DNA from: Octopus sinensis | Taxonomy: Eukaryota | Length of the DNA: 64,000 bases | NCBI RefSeq assembly: GCF_006345805.1 | Contig: NC_043023.1 | Span: 13,516,001-13,580,000, forward strand | Reading direction: 5' to 3' | In this document: positions 53,460 to 64,000 of the stretch, piece after piece | Position numbering within the stretch: the first letter of the stretch is position 1 | How the letters are laid out: every line of letters begins with the position of its first letter | The notes under the pieces: model-generated | Seen by the model: only the letters and a program-made list of their open reading frames with translations | What the model was told of the DNA's origin: nothing | The model's database searches: none | Program-made: the position numbers and the translations under genes

Positions 53460-53824
53460 GGTCCCGTGGGCTCTCACACGGTCGAGGGAACAGCTTACGG
53501 TCGAAAAACGAACAAGCAAGTGGAAGCTGCAATACGAGTCGAGGGACGGCCATCTCGGCAGTTTCTTCCAACACGGCAAAAGAAAAATATATATATATGT
53601 ATATATATCAAATGTGAGGATAAAATTCTTTTCGAAAAAAATATCTTCTCGAAAAAAATTTTATCAATGGCCAGCATATTAAAAAATACCTTTAACGTTT
53701 AAATTTATAAACAATTCATAAATGAGGGCAAAGGAAAAAAAAAATTTCAAATGCCAAATATGCCGAAAAATTGGACATATTGTCCATTAACCATATAATT
53801 TTTTCACAGTACGCACGCTACTCG

Positions 53825-53830
53825 AATAAA
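53825..53830 (+). terminator. Candidate polyadenylation signal AATAAA (alternatives at 53936 and near 54447)
   Basis: First AATAAA seen after the stop codon; no transcript evidence. Confidence 0.3.
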
Positions 53831-53863
53831 GGGTCGAAAGAAATTTCTTTAAAATTCCATTAT

Positions 53864-53930
53864 TACCATATCGGACGGATTTCAGAGTTAGCTACTAAGA
53901 GCCCTCTCTTCGTCAGTGATACATGTGGTA
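53864..53930 (-). ncRNA. Type I hammerhead ribozyme-like motif
   Basis: Minus strand: TACCA-CATG-TATC-A-CTGACGA-AGAG...CTCT-GAAA-TCC-GTC-C-GATA-TGGTA. Core intact, bulged stem I, 4-bp stem II base; stem III weak and an A-C mismatch next to the cleavage site. Confidence 0.6.
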
Positions 53931-54504
53931 AAAGAAATAAATGAGATACTTACTCATACCCATGGAAGAAGCAAATACTAAGTCATGGGCACAATTAAGT
54001 ACCCCAAATACATCCAAAATAAAAATACTCCAGCCCATCCGAGGCACGTGCGATTTATGGACAATATGTCCAATTATTCGGCATATTTGGCATTTGAAAT
54101 ATATATATATATATATATATATACGTGTTTGAAATTAGTAGTCGTTCGACAGCCATGGGACCCCCTCTTTGTCATTGCAAAACAAAACATCATCACCATC
54201 ATTTTCATCATCTACAGACAACCCTTTTTTTTTTTTGTCATTTTTCACTGTTCCACCTAGACATACAACAACAGCGAAAGCGGCTGTGTTAAGGAACTTT
54301 TCTTTCTGTCATCAACGGATGAGCACCACAAATTCTTTCTTTCTTTTTTTTTTTGTATCGTCTGTTTCCATTGTTGTAAACCTTGTAGTAAAGGCATGCA
54401 CGCCACTGCATCATATGTTCAACATGTAATAATATGCTTTACTCTCAATAAACCATTCAAAAGATTTTCTGCATTCAAAAGACTTTGTGCATGTATTTAT
54501 TTGC

Positions 54505-55560
54505 GAGCTGGCAGAATGGTTAGCACGCTGGGCGAAGTGTGTAGCCGTATTTCGTCCGCTGTTACGTTCTGAGTTCAACTTCAGCCGGGGTCGACTTTGC
54601 CTTTCATACTTTCGGGGTCGATAAATTAAGTACCAGTTACGCACTGGAGTCGATGTAATCGACTTAATCCGTTTGTCTGCCCTTGTTTGTCCCCTCTGTG
54701 TGTAGCCCCTTGTGGGTAGTAAAGAAATAGGTATTTCGTCTGCTGTTACATTCTGAGTTCAAATTCCGCCGAGGTTGACTTTGTCTCTCATTCTTTCGGG
54801 GTTGATAAATTAAGTACCAGCTACGCACTGGAGTCGATATAATCGACTTAATCCGTTTGTCTGCCCTTGTTTGGCCCCTTGTGGGTAGTAAAGAAATATG
54901 TATTTATTTGTGTTCGGGTGTGTGTAGACCTTTGCCGATGTACTCGTTTTCAGTGAAAACGTTACTGCTAGCTCGCCTCTTTTAATATTCTCTTCTACTC
55001 TAGGCGCAAGGCCCGAAATTTTGGGGGTGGGACCAGTAGATTAGATCGACCTTGGTACTTAATTTATCGACCCCAAAAGGATGAATGGCAAAGTCAAACT
55101 CGGCGGAATTTGAACCCAGAACGTAAAGACAGACAAGACACCTATTTCTTTACTACCCACAAGGCGCTAAACACAGAGAGGACAAACAAGGACGCGTAAC
55201 TGGTTCTTATTTAATCGACCCCGAAAGGATGAAAAGCTAAGTCGACCTCGGCGGAATTTGAACCCAGAACGTAAAGACAGACGAAATACCACTAAGCATT
55301 TCACCTGGCATGTTAAGGATTTTGCCAGCTCACCGTCTTTTAATAGTCTTTTAATTCTCTAGGCACAAGGCCCAAAATTTTGGGGGAGGAGACCAGTAGA
55401 TTAGATCGACTCCAGTACGCAACTGGTACTTAATTTATCGACCCTGAAAGGATGAAAAGCAAAGTTGACCTCTGCGGAATTTGAACCCAGAACGTAGCGG
55501 CAGGCGAAATACCGCTCTACATTTTGCCCGAAGTGCTAACGATTCTGCCAGCTCACCACC
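54505..55560. mobile_element. Cluster of family B SINEs in both orientations
   Basis: Plus copies about 54505-54900 and minus copies about 55000-55560 share the family B core. Confidence 0.75.
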
Positions 55561-58460
55561 AGGCGATGAATATTCAAGTATAAACAGGTATTTACATTAA
55601 TGGATCCAACGACAGAGAAAATTAAACGGGCGGAAGAAAGATGTTGTAAGTTTGCGGTTGGGGCTCGGAGATCCATCATAAGTTGGAAGTGGATTAGGGA
55701 CAGGTGGGGTATTTTTTCAATCAGAAAGAAGCATCACGGTGAAAAAGAAAGTACATGGATTGCTAGAAATAGGAGCCAATGCACACCACCAACTTGTCCT
55801 TCCTCCCTTCCGTTTTTGGAAAAGTACACAGTTATCTGCCAAATTCTTTTCTTCCTTTACTTGTTTCAGTCATTTGACTGAGGCCATGCTGGAGCACCGC
55901 CTTTAGTCGAACAAAGTATAATAGTATATATATATATATGGTTGATATATATATATATATATATATATACCACACAGGAGTGGCTGTGTGGTAAGTAGCT
56001 TGCTTACCAACCACATGGTTCCGGGTTCAGTCCCACTGTGTGGCACCTTGGGAAAGTGTCTTCTACTATAGCCTCGGGCCGACCAAAGCCTTGTGGGTGG
56101 ATTTGATAGACGGAAACTGAAAGAAGCCCATCATATACATGTATATATATATATATGTATGTGTGTTTGTGTGTCTGTGTTTGTCCCCCTAGCATTGCTT
56201 GACAACCGATGCTGGTGTGTTTATGTCCCCATTACTTAGCAGTTCGGCAAAAGAGACCGATAGAATAAGTACTGGGCTTACAATGAATAAGTCCCGGGGT
56301 TGAGTTGCTCGACTAAAGGTGGTGCTCCAGCATGGCCACAGTCAAATGACTGAAACAAGTAAAAGAGTATATATTTATGTTGTCTGTATATATGGTGTGT
56401 GTATGTATATATATATATATATATGTTGTATATACGTGTATATGATATATATATATATATATATATGGTATATATATATACTCTTTACTCTCTTACTTGT
56501 TTCAGTCATTTGACTGCGGCCATGCTGGAGCACCGCCTTTTAGTCGAGCGAATCGACCCCAGGACTTATTCTTTGTAAGCCCAGTACTTATTCTATCGGC
56601 CTCTTTTGCCGAACCGCTAAGTTACGAGGGTGTAAACACAGCAACATCGGCCATCAAGCTATGATGGTGGAGACAAACACAGACACACGTACACACATAT
56701 ACAACGGGCTTCTTTCAGTTTCCGTCTACCAAATCAACTCACAAGGTGCCACGATGTGGGACTGAACCTTGAACCATGTGGTTGGTAAGATCTCTTTGCT
56801 TCTGATCTTAACTGATTGTAAGTGTTATCATGTACATTGTTTTGTCTTGGTATAAAAGATGGGTTTTACAGCAAATATTCTGCTCAATACCACAGATTTG
56901 CTTGTCAGTTGTTTGACCTTAACCAGTTGAGCATGTCCCTTAGTGGCTGACGATATGTTCAGAAGTAGTGGGGGAGCATCATAGCCATGTGTTGAGAGGA
57001 ATTCTTTTGGGGTTTGGATAATTCACCTTTGGAAACATGGGTGTTTCGTTCAACATCCTTAAACAAATCCTTATTCAGGGACCTTTTGAGTGGGATGGGT
57101 TACTCGACCAGAAGAAAATTCTAACTGGGCCCCACCTGCAAGGTCATGCGCTGTTTATCTTGATATGAGATCCCCATGTTGCACACATATGGTTGTGATG
57201 CAAGTGCCTGGTGTACCCTTATCAGATGGGTAGTCATGATGGGTATACTGCGCTTCGTATATTTTACCCCAGTGTCACTTTGATGGCATGCACTGCTCTC
57301 TCTCTCAATAATAACAATAATAATAATAATAATAAATGCCCTGATGCAGTACCAGACAGTGGCTCGTGGCTTCTGATCTTAACTGATTGGAAGTGTTATC
57401 ATGTACATTGTTTTGTCTTGGTATAAAAGATGGGTTTTACAGCAAATATTCTGCTCAATACCACAGATTTGCTTGTCAGTTGCTTGACCTTAACCAGTGG
57501 AGCATGTCCCTTAGTGGCTGACGATATGTGCATCTCTGATCAGGAGCAGAAGTAGTGGGGGAGCATCATAGCCATGTGTTGAGAGGAATTCTTTGGGGTT
57601 TGAATGCCCTGATGCAGTACCAGGCAGTGGCTCTCATGGCTTCTGATCTTAACTGATTGGAAGTGTTATCATGTACATTGTTTTGCTTGTTATGTCCTGA
57701 GTTCAAATTCCGCTGAGGTCGACTTTGCCTTTCATCCTTTCAGGGTCGATAAATTAAGGACTAGTTGTGCATCAGGGTCATTGTAATCGACTTAATCTGT
57801 TTGTCTGTCCTTGTTTGTCCCCTCTGTGTTTAGCCCCTTGTGGGTAGTAAAGAAATAGGTATAAAAGATGGGCTACAGCAGATATTGTGATCAATACCAC
57901 AGATTTGCTTGACCATAACCAGTTGGAAAATTACAAAAAAAAAAAAAAAACAACAACGAAAGTACTGGCGTTAGGGTGGGAGCTGATTTGTTCGGCTGAA
58001 AAATCTTCATGGCAGTGCCCCAGCATGGGCGCAGTCTGAACTGAGCAAAAAGAAAAAATATATTGTTTGTTGCAACTTTGCTGTGCAACGCGTCTAACAA
58101 GGGAGGTAACACACAGTCCGTCACGTCGATTATTTCCCCTTGGACTAACACTTGTCGAGTCGTTTAAATTCCTTTCAAAATTTGTTTTGGCGTCAAACTC
58201 CATGGTTACCAACTGCGCCTCAGATCGCCTCATCTCAATGCGCTACTACTCCTACTACTACTACTACCACTACTACTACTACTACGTTTGATAATGATAA
58301 TAATATAGGCGCGGGCATGGCTGTGTGGTAGCGAACTGGCAGAAACGTTATCCTTTCGGGGTCGATAAATTAAGTACCACTTGCGTACTGGAGTTGGTTG
58401 ATCCAATCGACTGGCCCCCCTCCTTAAAAAAAAGTTCAGGCTTTGTGCCTAGAGTAGAAA

Positions 58461-59968
58461 AGTAGCTTGCTTACCAACCACACGGTTCCGGGTTCAGTCC
58501 CACTGTGTGACATCTTGGACAAGTGTCTTCTACTATAGCCTCGGGCCGACCAAAGCCTTGTGAGTGGATTTGGTTGACGGAAACTGAAAGAAGCCCATCG
58601 TATATATTTATATGTATATATATAGGCGTAGGAGTAGCTGTGTGGTAAGTAGCTTGCTTACCAACCACACGGTTCCGGGTTCAGTCCCACTGTGTGACAT
58701 CTTGGACAAGTGTCTTCTACTATGGCCTCGGGCCGACCAAAGCCTTGTGAGTGGATTTGGTTGACGGAAACTGAAAGAAGCCCATCGTATATATTTATAT
58801 GTATATATATAGGCGTAGGAGTAGCTGTGTGGTAAGTAGCTTGCTTACCAACCACATGGTTCCGGGTTCAGTCCCACTGTGTAGCACCTTGGACAAGTGT
58901 CTTCTACTATGGCCTCGGGCCGACCAAAGCCTTGTGAGTGGATTTGGTTGACGGAAACTGAAAGAAGCCCATCGTATATATTTATATGTATATATATAGG
59001 CGTAGGAGTAGCTGTTTGGTAAGTAGCTTGCTTACCAACCACATGGTTCCGGGTTCAGTCCCACTGTGTAGCACCTTGGACAAGTGTCTTCTACTATGGC
59101 CTCGGGCCGACCAAAGCCTTGTGAGTGGATTTGGTTGACGGAAACTGAAAGAAGCCCATCGTATATATTTATATGTATATATATAGGCGTAGGAGTAGCT
59201 GTGTGGTAAGTAGCTTGCTTACCAACCACATGGTTCCGGGTTCAGTCCCACTGTGTAGCACCTTGGACAAGTGTCTTCTACTATGGCCTCGGGCCGACCA
59301 AAGCCTTGTGAGTGGATTTGGTAGACGGAAACTGAAAGAAGCCCATCGTATATATTTATATGTATATATATAGGCGTAGGAGTAGCTGTGTGGTAAGTAG
59401 CTTGTTTACCAACCACATGGTTCCGGGTTCAGTCCCACTGCATGGCACCTTGGGCAAGTGTCTTCTACTATAGCCTCGGGCCGACCAAAGCCTTGTGAGT
59501 GGATTTGGTAGACGGAAACTGAAAGAAGCCCATCGTATATATTTATATGTATATATATAGGCGTAGGAGTAGCTGTGTGGTAAGTAGCTTGCTTACCAAC
59601 CACATGGTTCCGGGTTCAGTCCCACTGCGTGGCATCTTGGGCAAGTGTCTTCTACTATAGCCCCGGGCCGACCAATGCCTTGTGAGTGGATTTGGTAGAC
59701 GGAAACTGAAAGAAGCCCGTCGTGTATATGTATATATATGCATGTGTGTGTATGTGTTTGTGTGTCTGTGTTTGTCCCCCTAGCATTGCTTGACAACCAA
59801 TGCTGGTGTGTTTATGTCCCCATAACTTAGCAGTTTGGCAGAAGAGACCGATAGAATAAGTACCAGGCTTACAAAGAATAAGTCCTGGGGTCGATTTGCT
59901 CGACTAAAAGGCGGTGCTCCAGCATGGCCGCAGTCAAATGACTGAAACAAGTAAAAGAGTAAAAGAGT
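58461..59968 (+). repeat. 187-bp tandem array of family A SINE heads (7 heads) ending in one complete SINE
   Basis: Near-identical ORFs spaced exactly 187 bp from 58471 to 59593. Confidence 0.93.
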
Positions 59969-60012
59969 ATACATATATATATTACGCGTGTTCTGTAGTC
60001 TGCAATTTTGTC

Positions 60013-60300
60013 ATGGAAAGGAACAGAAATCCAATGTGAAATTTTGAGTTTAACCTGGGAAGTCCGCTATGGCGTCACTGAGCAGGCTTTGGCAAGCTCA
60101 CGGCAACGAGGCAATGGGTTGATGGCAATCTTTTGAGCGGAAGAACATTCCTGAAAAATGATGAATGATCTGGGAGGCCTACCATGAGCATCACCCCCGG
60201 AAATGTGGTTCTATGCATCGCGAATTCATTCTCCAGGGCCAGATAATTAATTCATAGTTGTACAGCAACGTTTTGAAGCGTTTGTGGGAAGAATTTCAGC
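60013..60300 (+). mobile_element. Internally deleted, degenerate mariner
   Basis: Traces of the EQxxNVKF...LGKS...QAxGNEAMG N-terminus and HREFIxQGQ...VLKRL catalytic-domain segment. Confidence 0.5.
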
Positions 60301-60343
60301 GCTGCTCAGAAACACAATTGTCTATATAAGGACTTATGTAATA

Positions 60344-60721
60344 ACTAGCAGTGTCGCCCGGCGTTGCTCGGGTTTGTAAGGGAAATAACTATATAAGCAC
60401 TTTTAGAGAGTTAGAGCAAAAAAATAGCAAAAAAATGGAAAAAAAATTATGGTAAATTTTTTTTTAAATCGTAGATTCATCGTAGACATTTTTAGAGAGT
60501 TACTTCCCTTATATAATAGCGAAAAAATGCATTAAAATGGAAAAAAATGATGGTAATTTTTTTTTTAAATCGTAGACGCGCACTCATACCCAGAAGGGCC
60601 CGATATGAATCACGACTATAAGATACCCGGTTTTGGTTAAACTGCACCGCAAAATGTGGGAGTAGTTAGGAATCTAAATCGAAGGGGACAGACACACAAC
60701 TTGACTTTTATATATAAAGAT
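60344..60721 (+). mobile_element. Probable non-autonomous rolling-circle (Helitron/Helentron-type) element
   Basis: 5' ACTAG followed by a GC-rich hairpin (CCCGGCGTTGCTCGGG); 3' ACAGACACAC...TTTTATATATAAAGAT; internal short duplications. Pattern recognition only. Confidence 0.4.
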
Positions 60722-61070
60722 ATGATAAGGAAAACTTGGCAACCAACAGCTGTTTCGAAGTTGTTACTTGTGATTAAAACTTGTTCATTCCATCTTCTTG
60801 TTTTATTAATTTTTATATAAATTGTGTATATCATGTGTGTATCCAGCTTCAAGAAGAACCCTGCTGTATGATAGCATTTGATAGCCGATTACTGCAGAAG
60901 GGCTTTGAAAGGTAAGTTTTGAGGTTATTACCCAGAGGATATTCAATATCTATCTATCTATCCGTCTGTCAGTCTATAAGTATGTATGCATACACTCACA
61001 CATACAAACATAATGTATATACATACATACATGCATATATATATATACACGCATATATAGATATATACAT

Positions 61071-61114
<44 letters not shown>

Positions 61115-62152
61115 TACACAGAGATTTAAATTGGTTGACCTTTCTCATAGTTCTCCATTACATTAGAATTATCTCCGCAGACATACACAGACACATACAA
61201 GCACAAACGTACATACACACACTGGCACACATATGCGTGCGTACACACACATAGGTACACAGTCACACATGCACACACACACACACTAGCAAACATGTAC
61301 ACACAAATACACTCGCACACACACACATGCGTACACACACTCACACCTACACACACATACATCCTAGCATACATACACTGGCACACACACTCACACCTAC
61401 ACACACATACATCCTAGCATACACCACACACACACACACACTCACACATACATCCTAGCATACATACACTCGCACACACACATGCGTACACACACACACA
61501 CACACACACATACATCCTAGCATACATACACACTCACACCTACACACACATATATCCTAGCATACATACACTGGCACACACACATGCGTACACACACTCA
61601 CACCTACACACACACACACACACACAGTTGTGCTGTACCTCAAAAGAGAAGGCTCAGCACCACACAGACATTCAAACATAAACCAGTGAAGAAGAGTCGA
61701 CAGAGTCAGAGGGCCAGCTAGAAATAGCAGCTAATTCCCACCTCCACCTTCCAAGAAAGCGAAAACACAACAAGCTGTTTAAGAGAAGGGGAGAAAAACA
61801 AAAAAAAAAGGGGACAGAGATACAGCGATGAGATAAAAACAAAGAGGGAGAAAAGAAGAGAGAGAGAGAGAACTGGGATTGAAACCATGTCCTCGTGAGT
61901 TACATATGAATTTTTTATATTTAATGAAAACGTGTATGCTGTATGGTACATGAGGAAAATTTTAGTTGTATTGTGTGTGTGTTTATATCTATCAATCGGT
62001 CAATCTATCGGTCTATCTCTCTAATTTTCTATATATCAATCAATCTCTGTCTGTCAGTATATCTGTCTATTGATCAATCAATCTATCTGTCTGTCTACCT
62101 TTCTATCTATATAGGTATGTATGTATGTATGTATATATATCTATATATATAT

Positions 62153-62550
62153 AGGCGCAGGAGTGGCTGTGTGGTAAGTAGCTTGTTTACCAACCACATG
62201 GATCCGGGTTCAGTCCCACTGCGTGGCACCTTGGGCGAGTGTCTTCTACTATAGCCTCAGGCCGACCAAAGCCTTGTGAGTGGATTTGGTAGACGGAAAC
62301 TGAAAGAAGCCTGTCGTATATATATATATATATATTATGTATGTATGTGTGTGTCTGTGTTTGTCCCCCCAGCATTGCTTGACAACCGATGCTGGTGTGC
62401 TTATGTCCCCGTCACTTAGCGGTTCGGCAAAAGAGACTGATAGAATAAGTACTGGGCTTACAAGGAATAAGTCCCGGGGTCGAGTTGCTCGATTAAAAGG
62501 CGGTGCTCCAGCATGGCCGCAGTCAAATGACTGAAACAAGTAAAAGAGTA
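62153..62550 (+). mobile_element. Full family A SINE
   Basis: Head, body and tail present. Confidence 0.85.
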
Positions 62551-62759
62551 TATATATATATATATATGAATGTGTATATATTTATACACAAGCATATATA
62601 TGAATATATATATATATATGAATGTATACACACAAACACGAATATATGTATATGAATATATATATACACACACGCACTCATATATATATATATGAATGTA
62701 CACATATATATATATATGTGTATATATACATATATGGACGCACGCACATATGAATGTAT

Positions 62760-63235
62760 ACACATATATACTTATATGAATGTATATATATATATGTGTG
62801 TGTGTGTATGTATGTTTAAGTATATATATATGAATGTATACACATATATTTATATGAATGTATATCTATATATGTGTGTGTGTGTATGTATGTTTAAGTA
62901 TATATATATGAATGTATACACATATATATTTATATGAATGTATATCTATATATGTGTGTGTGTGTATGTATGTTTAAGTATATATATATGAATGTATACA
63001 CACATATATTTATATGAATGTATATCTATATATGTGTGTGTGTGTATGTATGTTTAAGTATATATATATGAATGTATACACATATATATTTATATGAATG
63101 TATATCTATATGGTGTGTGTGTTATGTATGTTTAAGTATATATATATGAATGTATACACACATATATTTATATGAATGTATATCTATATATGTGTGTGTG
63201 TGTATGTATGTTTAAGTATATATATATATATATGA
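62760..63235. repeat. About 80-bp AT-rich minisatellite built from TA/TG runs
   Basis: TGAATGTATATCTATA...TATGTTTAAGTATA recurs 5-6 times. Confidence 0.85.
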
Positions 63236-63639
63236 ATGTGTGAGTGTATATATATATATGTCCTGTGTGTCTTTTATCCTTTTTTACTAGTTTCACTCAT
63301 TTGGCTGCGGCCATGCTGGAGCGCCACCTCCAAAGGTTTTTAGTTGAACAAATCAACCCCATGACTTATTTCATTAAGTTGTAGTGCTTATTCTATCAGT
63401 CTCTTTTTGCCGAACTGCTAAGTTACAAGGATGTAAACACACCGTCACCAGTTTTCAAGTTGTGATGGGGGACAAACACAGACACAAAGACACACACTCA
63501 CACATCAAAGGTGCATAGCTCAGTGGTTAGGTTCTAGGTTCAATTCCCGGACCAGGCTATGTGTTGTGTTCTTGAACAAGACACTTTATTTTCATGTTGC
63601 TCCAGTTAACTTAGCTGTAGAAATGAGTTGCGACATGCT

Positions 63640-64000
63640 AAGCGGTATTTCGTCTGCCTCTACGTTCTGAGTTCAAATTCCACCGAGGTCGACTTTGCCT
63701 TTCATTCTTTCGGGGGTCGATAAATTAAGTACCAGTTACACACTGGGGTCGATGTAGTCGACTTAATCCATTTGTCTGTCCTTGTTTGTCCCCTCTGTGT
63801 TTAGCCACTTGTGGGTAGTAAAGAAATAGGTATTTCGTCTGTCTTTACATTCTGAGTTCAAATTCTGTCGTGGTTGACTTTGCCTTTCATCCTTTCGGGG
63901 TTGATAAATTAAAAACCAGTTAATCACTGGGGTCGATATAATCGACTTAATCCCTTTGTCTGTCCTTGTTTGTCCCCTCTATGTTTAGCCCCTTGTAGGT
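63640..64000 (+). mobile_element. Two tandem family B SINE bodies
   Basis: Family B core twice, running to the window end. Confidence 0.78.

Larger units (their letters stand above)
53744..54100 (-). mobile_element. Penelope-like remnant bounded by a 44-bp inverted repeat, containing a hammerhead motif
   Basis: Arms 53744-53787 and 54057-54100 are reverse complements with one mismatch. Confidence 0.55.

Noticed and set aside
49438-53579. Long antisense and alternate-frame ORFs over the last exon
   Set aside because: Shadow ORFs of a GC-rich, repetitive coding exon.
55600-55850. 93-aa ORF MDPTTEKIKRAEERCC...
   Set aside because: No splice context; more likely a decayed LINE C-terminal fragment, too weak to call.
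60745-60757. CGAAACAGCTGTT palindromic hammerhead half (minus strand)
   Set aside because: No CUGAnGA core or stem I partner upstream.

Overview
Repeat-rich animal genomic DNA, most likely an octopus or other coleoid cephalopod (inferred from the SINE families and microsatellite style, not verified). One convincing spliced protein-coding gene lies on the + strand. Six exons (28195-28493, 33849-33972, 38972-39087, 45305-45519, 46644-46696, 49442-53459) splice together with GT-AG boundaries into one continuous frame of about 1607 aa. A probable first coding exon lies at 11956-12069, and one short exon appears to be missing, possibly inside the 100-N gap. The product (about 1670 aa) has two degenerate nucleolin-like RRMs, then about 1340 aa of mostly low-complexity G/Q/D/R-rich sequence with three internal peptide repeats, including five tandem QDGSDPPLGWR units. 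The rest is tRNA-type SINEs (several amplified into tandem arrays), CR1 and RTE LINE fragments, mariner remnants, MITEs and microsatellites. Non-coding highlights are type I hammerhead-ribozyme motifs in Penelope-like remnants (best at 38641-38731 and 53864-53930, both antisense to the gene) and a 128-bp satellite grown from one arm of a fold-back element. Repeat boundaries are approximate; all alignments were done by eye.
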